A stretch of DNA of 63,899 nucleotides, filler included, from Thelocarpon superellum (lineage: Eukaryota): the NCBI GenBank assembly GCA_026025795.1. It is 7 parts of 7 records of this genome, joined end to end, with 100 filler letters (N's around TTAATTAATTAA, not from the genome) between each part and the next. Parts side by side here need not be neighbours in the genome. Positions count along the whole stretch, not along the records: positions 57,504 to 63,899 come from JAPEUG010000676.1; 6 more parts are not named here. One strand, 5' to 3'. Shown piece after piece: positions 57,504 to 63,899 of this stretch (positions are counted from its first letter, which is position 1; each line of letters starts with the position of its first letter). The notes beneath the pieces are model-generated. The model ran no database searches. It saw only the letters and a program-made list of their open reading frames with translations, and was not told the DNA's origin. Both the position numbers and the translations under genes were made by a program.

Positions 57504-60500
57504 CAATGAGCGAGTTGTCGCAGGAAAGGCTACTTTGCCGTGCAGTGCAGTCCGAGGACAGCCCTCCGTAAGGTTGGTGGGGAATGCACGACAGCGGTGC
57601 CTCAGTCACTAATCCAGTCTAACCGCCTCGTAAGCCAGCCGTATCACGGACGAGGAGGGTTACGAGTGCCGCTCCTCCGTCTCTTCCTCCTTGGCGACGA
57701 TTAGGGAGAGGGTTATGCCGGTGACGAAGCAGGACTAACGAGTAAATTGCGAATTGCGGTGTCCTGCCTTGAAGGCATGGGCGACATGAGCCAGTGCGTC
57801 AGGGAGGAGAAGGGCTGCGTGCACGAAGAACGATTGGGTCGATTGGTTGTGAGACGAGATGGGAGTCGCCCAGACTAATTCCCCAGGGACATGCCGCCGC
57901 TGCGGCCACTGCGGCGAGATGCCTCCCTAGGACTACCGCGTCTCTGCTTCGGAGTGTCGCCCTTTTACTAGTCGCCGTGGGTAAATTGAGCTCCTCCCTC
58001 GTTCTCGTTCTCGTTCCCCACCAGCTGGGAGCGCTGGTCATGCATCTAACCCTTCCCCCGTCTAGCATGGGCTGCGCTGACGGGGGCCAGGGTCGGAGCG
58101 CGCGCACGCTCTCCGCTACGAGGCACCCGTACTGTACGGTACGAACACTCGTCCTCCTGCACGGATGATCCACATGGCTTGCAATGTTGGCCCGTTGCGG
58201 CGAGGCCATTCAACGGCCCGCTGCCCATTCATGAGCGTGAGAAGGGCTCGTCCCTTCGCCCCAAAGGCCGACGAGGGATTGCGAACGTGAGCGCCGGCCG
58301 AGCGCACGCGTGGTCAGAGGGCAATGTAGACTGACGGGTTCTTGATTGCTCAATCAAGCAATCAACTATTCGTGCCAGAGTCGACTGGTGTTTCGCTGGC
58401 CTGTGATCGGCACGCCTGAGTTTGGTTTGGGCGGTGCGGATTAGAATTCGTCACCTCCGTAGCTTGGCGCCGCTTGGGCTTTCGTACTCGTATGGTAGGA
58501 GATACCTACTGCCAATGGTAAGGAGCTCGGCAGGTTGTGGTCCGCCTTTGTAAGGTAACTCCCTTTAGTAAAGGCGGAGACGGGCTTAAGTGGAGCAGGT
58601 GAGCGGAAGGGCGGCGCCGTCGCGGCGGCCCCGGTTGGCGTCCAACGAGGCCCGACGGGCCCTGAAATGGGGCCATGATGGTCTGGTGGAACGATGCTCG
58701 CCCAGGCCGCTCGGTCGGCGGTTGGTGAGGATATGGATATCTCCGCCATCTCCAGCACCGTTTCCATTACGCCGCGCCCGTCAGGTCCACAGCCGATGCA
58801 TCATCCATCTCGCTCGGGTTGCGTCGAGGATTGAGGGTGGGTCGGCGCGCCTGACCCGATGCGACCTCGTTTGAACGCAACCGGCAGCGGACGCGCCTTG
58901 CTGCCACCTACTTACGCGGGAGCGAGGGCGAACGCACGCATGTCTCTGACGCAGTGGAGCACCGCGCGCGAGAGTTGCACCCATGGGCACCACCTCGATC
59001 TCCTTACTGCCGTGCCGTTTCAGGCCCTTAGTATCAGCCGGGGCAGCGGCCGTCGGGCACGCCGCCAGCTGGTCTCGATCCCAGGCTTCCGGTGCCTTTG
59101 ACCGAGCCGCCCATCGGTGGATGTTGCAGCTGTTCCACGCTTTTTGCGCCCTGGCATCTACGTACGGAAACCAGGATGACCCTCTACGCGACGGAAGCAC
59201 ATGTGCACGTTGACATCGTTCCTACGGCCGAGACGAGGCGAGGTTCTCGTGCCGGTCGCCTCCGTACACTTTCTGGATGTGGTGTCAAACAATTGTCGTT
59301 GGTCATGTTATTTAGCTGTATCCAATCATAGAGGCGCTGTGACAGACACAAACATCGAAGTAAGAAGGCAAAGTTGTTCGCCTAAGCCTGGGCTCTGGAC
59401 CTGAAGCCGTTCACTCATCCACATTGAGAAATCAGGAATGACTCCGGACTCCTTGACAAATAATCTCGCGTACCATTGCATCACCAAGTACCAGCAGCTA
59501 CCCGGAACCATGTGCACATCTCTAATTGTTGCCATCTTGATGCCTCCTGTGTGCCGCACGGTTCTTCTCCCGTCCCGCGAAATGCAATGTTTGAAACCCC
59601 ATACCTTCTCAGCCGCTCACTCCATGTCCCCTCTTCATCGACTCGCCTTACCACAGAACGCTCCTCTTGCACGAACGTTGACGCGGATGATCCAATGTGC
59701 GACGCAACAACGTTATCCCCACGCCTCAAGTTTACGCAATCTCATGTTTCATTCGGTTCTTGACCATTCGTTTTATCACCACTACAAAACCCCAAAAGCC
59801 TTCCACTCCTTCTCCCGTCCGGCCCTTATCTGTGCGATACGCTCTAGGCGCTATCCTCCGTGGATCGTTGGTTCTGCGGCTGGGAATTTGCTAGATGCCT
59901 TTTGCTCCAGGTTCAAACCCAAGTATTGAATAGTCTATTTGGGCGATTTCAGATAACAGCGTGTGAGCGGGAATAGCCTTATGGCGAGGGCTTTCCGCGG
60001 GGATTGCTGTGGATCCATTGACGGGACGTGCGACTAGGCCAGGCCGGTCCAAGCCCAGGGTCATATGCTGGCCTAGGTACCGGAATGCTGAGGTCGGAGC
60101 CTGTGCAGGGTGGTGGCGGATGCGTCGCCCAGCTTGGAGAGCCCCGTCGAGCACGCTATCTCGCCGAAGCGCATCCCCGCAAGGCTGATATCGACTATTC
60201 GTCCTTAGCCTGGAATGGCACCAAGGAGTACCAAGAGGTTCCCATAGTAATGGCCATATTCCGTCGGTTGAGCGGGCTCAACCTACTCGGCTGCACGCTT
60301 TATTGCAAGTATCCTGTGAAGAGCGACGAGTGGTCGTTGGAACGTCGTTGAACATGACCAGTACTCGTAATGAGGGGTGCGGCTAGCGTGGTCAACTATC
60401 GGTTCTGGAGCACAAGATTCCCTGCCACCTGGTGACACCAGGCCGCGGACTGTCGAAGCAAAGCCAACGAAGATCTCCGTACTTTATGCAGCGTTGAACT

Positions 60501-63500
60501 TTCATCCACCGGTCGCAGCAAGCAGTCGAACTCACATGGCCACGGGCAGCGGCTGTGCAGCAGGCTAGAATCCACAAAGACCGGACCCAGCACGCATAGT
60601 CGAACGCACGCACGCTCACACAGCACCATCCTGATATCCACGCAAGCCGCTCTATCTCCCTCCCCCCTCCTCCCCCCCGTCCCCCAATCAACCACCTTTC
60701 GCGCCGTCCGCCGCCTTTCTACAGCTGTCAGGTAGACGAAATGCTTTGACGGCTCTTCCACTCCAACTCAAGGTGGAGGGCGGGTTGAGTCTCGGCGATC
60801 GGTAAGCGAAGGCTCGAATTCCCGACGTGTTGGCACCCCAAGTAATCTCCCTAGCCCGTTCATGGCACGGTACGAGGTTCTGGCCATCGACCGACCACAC
60901 ATCATTGGGGGCCTCTTGGGCGACCGCTGGCTGTGCTTGCAACTCGAGCAGCCTGCGACTACAAGAGGAAGACGCCGGGGTGCCATGCGAATGACGGAAG
61001 GTTGGACAAGTTAACCAGACATCCTTCAATTGGCGGGTGGTTCGGCTCGTTGCGCGCCACATTGCCAGAGGCGGCTTGCTCCTTGTAACGAAATTTGGGT
61101 GTCGGTTACTTGTGTTAGTCAGAGGCGCGGCATCACCGCTACGACGGCCTTATCTCCATCGGGTGCTCCCGAACCGTGCTAGGCGACCGCCTGACTCCTT
61201 TCCACCGCATTGCAAGGAGACTCTATTTTAAGCCATCTAGATGTCCATCTATCGCCGTCATCCTCCGGCAATTTCTCGCGACTCGAGCTGCCGTTGACAA
61301 CAACATGGCGTCTGACACGATGTGGGCGAGGAAGGATGCCACAATAATGCGCTTGACGACGCTTATTTTTGCGTCGACAGAGCGCATGGGATGGCAATCA
61401 GAAATCCCGTCCAAGCACGGGCAGGCTCTCACCGCAAGCCCTGAGCTTACGACGTGCCCTGGGCACTGTCCACGAGTTGAACAGTTCTGAGTCGAGTAAA
61501 CGGGGAAAGGGGATTATGCGAAGGGGAACAGATTGTCGTGAGCCGCACCAAAACCACATCTGTCACATTTCTGTCGGTTTAAAGGCCTGATGTGTTCGGT
61601 TTCAGCATTGATCTCTGCCGGATCTAGCGAGATGAGCACGGGAGCCCCACACAACAGAGGATCGGCAAGAAAATCTTCGCTTGGGCGCGGCGAGTTTGCT
61701 CGCTCTGCACATCCCAGGGGAGAACAGACCGGGGTGGGGAGGGCTTGGTGGGGAGGAGAGAGAAGGACGGCGCCGTGTTGCACGGGCACAACATCCCTGT
61801 ACATTGCCGCACACGCATATCCCGGCGTTTGTTGTTTTTCGCCACGTACCGAACTCCCTCATCCACGAATGCCGAGTAGCAGTCAGACCTTCTTTGTTCC
61901 TCGATAGAGGGAAGCGCTGGCGTGCAGCTGCCCGGAAAGCACGGACCAAGTGGTCTCGCCAGGCGCCGGCGAATCACGCGACGAGGGGCATTTCTGCGCC
62001 CTGCACCCTGCAGCTCGATGCTCATGTGCGGACCGACGAACGCGACGGCCGACTGAGACTGATGATGACGAAACACTACTCGTCACGAACAACAGAACAC
62101 CGACGGTATGGCTCCTATACATAGAACGCTGGTCCAAGGAGAGGCGGGCGGGCAGTGATCTGCCCATTCCTGATCCTCGTGCCCTCCACCTTACTCCAGA
62201 CACATAACTCATTTACCCCTCTGGAAGCAAAGCCGCGGGTCCCAGTGTGTTCCGGCCTCGCGCGCATGTTATGATTCCGTAGACGGCGATCGCCGCAGAT
62301 TTGAGACTGAATCCGGGGTTGAGATTCTTGGACGATCACCCGGACTCAGTCACGCCCGACCTTGCCTGTGCGGCACGAAGCCGCGCGGCGAAGCGAGGCG
62401 TCTTGTACGACGATGATACCACGCATTTTCGGAAGGCTTCCGCAACCACGACCTTTGGTACCATCCGGCAAGGCCAAGAGCGAGGAACTCGTCAATTGCG
62501 GCTCAACCTAGCAATGTCTTGCCTGCCTACTAACCTGGGCTACGATGGCGCGCGGCGCGGACGAAAGCAAAGCTCAAGAAGTTCCTTTTGCGTTGGGATT
62601 CCTCAGTCCCTTTCATCATCGCCACCATCAGAACGAGGTAAGTACACAAGCTTGGACACCGGTCAAAAGCTGGAACTAGCCGGCCGTAGACGGGGGCCGC
62701 ATGACTTCCTCAGGCCACCCTCGACTGAGATCGCCCGGTGGAAAGTGATTATTCGAGACACAGGCCGACACTTCTTGAAGACCTATCCTCCCTAGGCGTA
62801 GATAGTGCACCGCCGGTCTCAGCCAATTTTCCACCGGCCGATAAGGAATCGAAGCATTACGAGTCGGGTTCCAGGAGGGGGGCCACAACGGCCGACGTGT
62901 TCTTACCCGACCGACCCATCCTTCGTAAGCCATATCGTCCACGCACTACCACTTCCACCACCACGACCACCACCAGTTCTATGTTCCTGGTAGTGCTCAC
63001 CATCTATATTCACCCTACCCTCCCTCCTTTCTCCGCCCCACGCCGGTCCCGTGTCGGCTGTGGGAAATAGGCGCCGTCAACGGGCGATAGGTAGCGGAGA
63101 GGCAAGGAGACCCAATCACGACTCGTCTCGCACCCGACGCACCCCAAACGCGTCCCCTTCATTTTTTTATGGTCCGCCGGAGCGATGACAACCCGTGATA
63201 TCCGCGTGCCGCAAACACGACTATGACTGTGAGCCAGGCCAACCGACTACTCGTCATCATGAAAGTCTCATGGTCTCCCATTGACAGCAACCAGCGCCGC
63301 TCCTCCTGCGGCCGATAAGCGCTGCAGTCCTGCCCGGATTGGTTCCGACGTAAACGAGGTCCAATAGGCCTTTCGCGGCGGTCAGAAAGTAAGTACGAGC
63401 GCGGGAACGCCGATAACCAGATAGGAGTTTGTTGGCAGATACGGAGGACCGCCCCTCTGCACAGCGGCCTGGGGGAGGGGGCCGCGATAACGATTCGGAT

Positions 63501-63899
63501 CTCCGTGCATCTCCTTTACACTAACACAGCATATTAGCTACTACGCAGTAGTATGAGCTGCAGACGTACAGAACTTCCTTCCTTACTTCCCGGCGCTTCC
63601 TGCACGACGAGGTTTCTGTTCACGCAGCTCCTGCGGCACATGTAGCAGCGGCATCATCTGCGGCGTCTGCGCCCGCGTAGATCTCACACACCAGCCGCAA
63701 GCGACAAATCGCACAGCAAGCAGGCGGATGCCGTTCACACCACCGCCTGCAGGGAGATCCTCCGGCGTTACAGCATATCTGTGACCAGGGACGAGCGGAG
63801 TAGCTCGAACATGGCACTTGCCAGTAGGACAGGATAACTACATACTATGTAGTATGCAGTAGAAACGAGTACCGCCATGTTCTCTTGCTCGTATCATAC

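Noticed and set aside
57957..57972. U5 snRNA loop-1-like word (TCGCCCTTTTACTAG)
   Set aside because: Has an extra C relative to the invariant GCCUUUUAC, the flanks do not form the closing stem, and no Sm site follows.
59905..59925. tRNA T-loop-like GGTTCAAACCC
   Set aside because: The T-stem does not pair and no D-arm or acceptor stem can be built.

Overview
This is GC-rich eukaryotic DNA from a filamentous ascomycete (Pezizomycotina-type genes; short GT-AG introns of about 47-160 nt with CTRAC/CTRAY branch sites). It is not one locus. Six identical 100-nt artificial linkers (N44-TTAATTAATTAA-N44) join seven pieces of 9553, 9549, 9528, 9426, 9424, 9423 and >=6396 nt, which looks like length-sorted contigs concatenated into a pseudo-scaffold, so neighbours across linkers are meaningless. 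By manual splicing I find about 21 protein-coding genes. Piece 1: a CorA-like protein (partial) and a conserved hypothetical. Piece 2: EED/ESC, RRN11 and a RING-H2 ligase. Piece 3: SDH7/ACN9, NHA1, palH/RIM21 and a partial LRR-like protein. Piece 4: YPT35, PRP16, PWP1 and a partial hypothetical. Piece 5: an orphan MGC-start gene, a GlcNAc-kinase-type hexokinase, GILT, NMD3 and ESF2 (partial). Piece 6: ILV3 (partial), a PRR1-like kinase, an SMP-30/EupF-like beta-propeller and LOA1/VPS66. Piece 7 has no recognisable gene. I found no tRNA, rRNA, transposon or CRISPR array, and no clear multi-gene novel system. The best leads are a cluster of PacC sites in the shared NHA1-palH intergenic region, a lipid-anchor-motif orphan gene, a GlcNAc kinase and a Diels-Alderase-like propeller that both lack their usual clusters, and a gene-free 6.4-kb piece. 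All family calls come from remembered motifs, not database searches.
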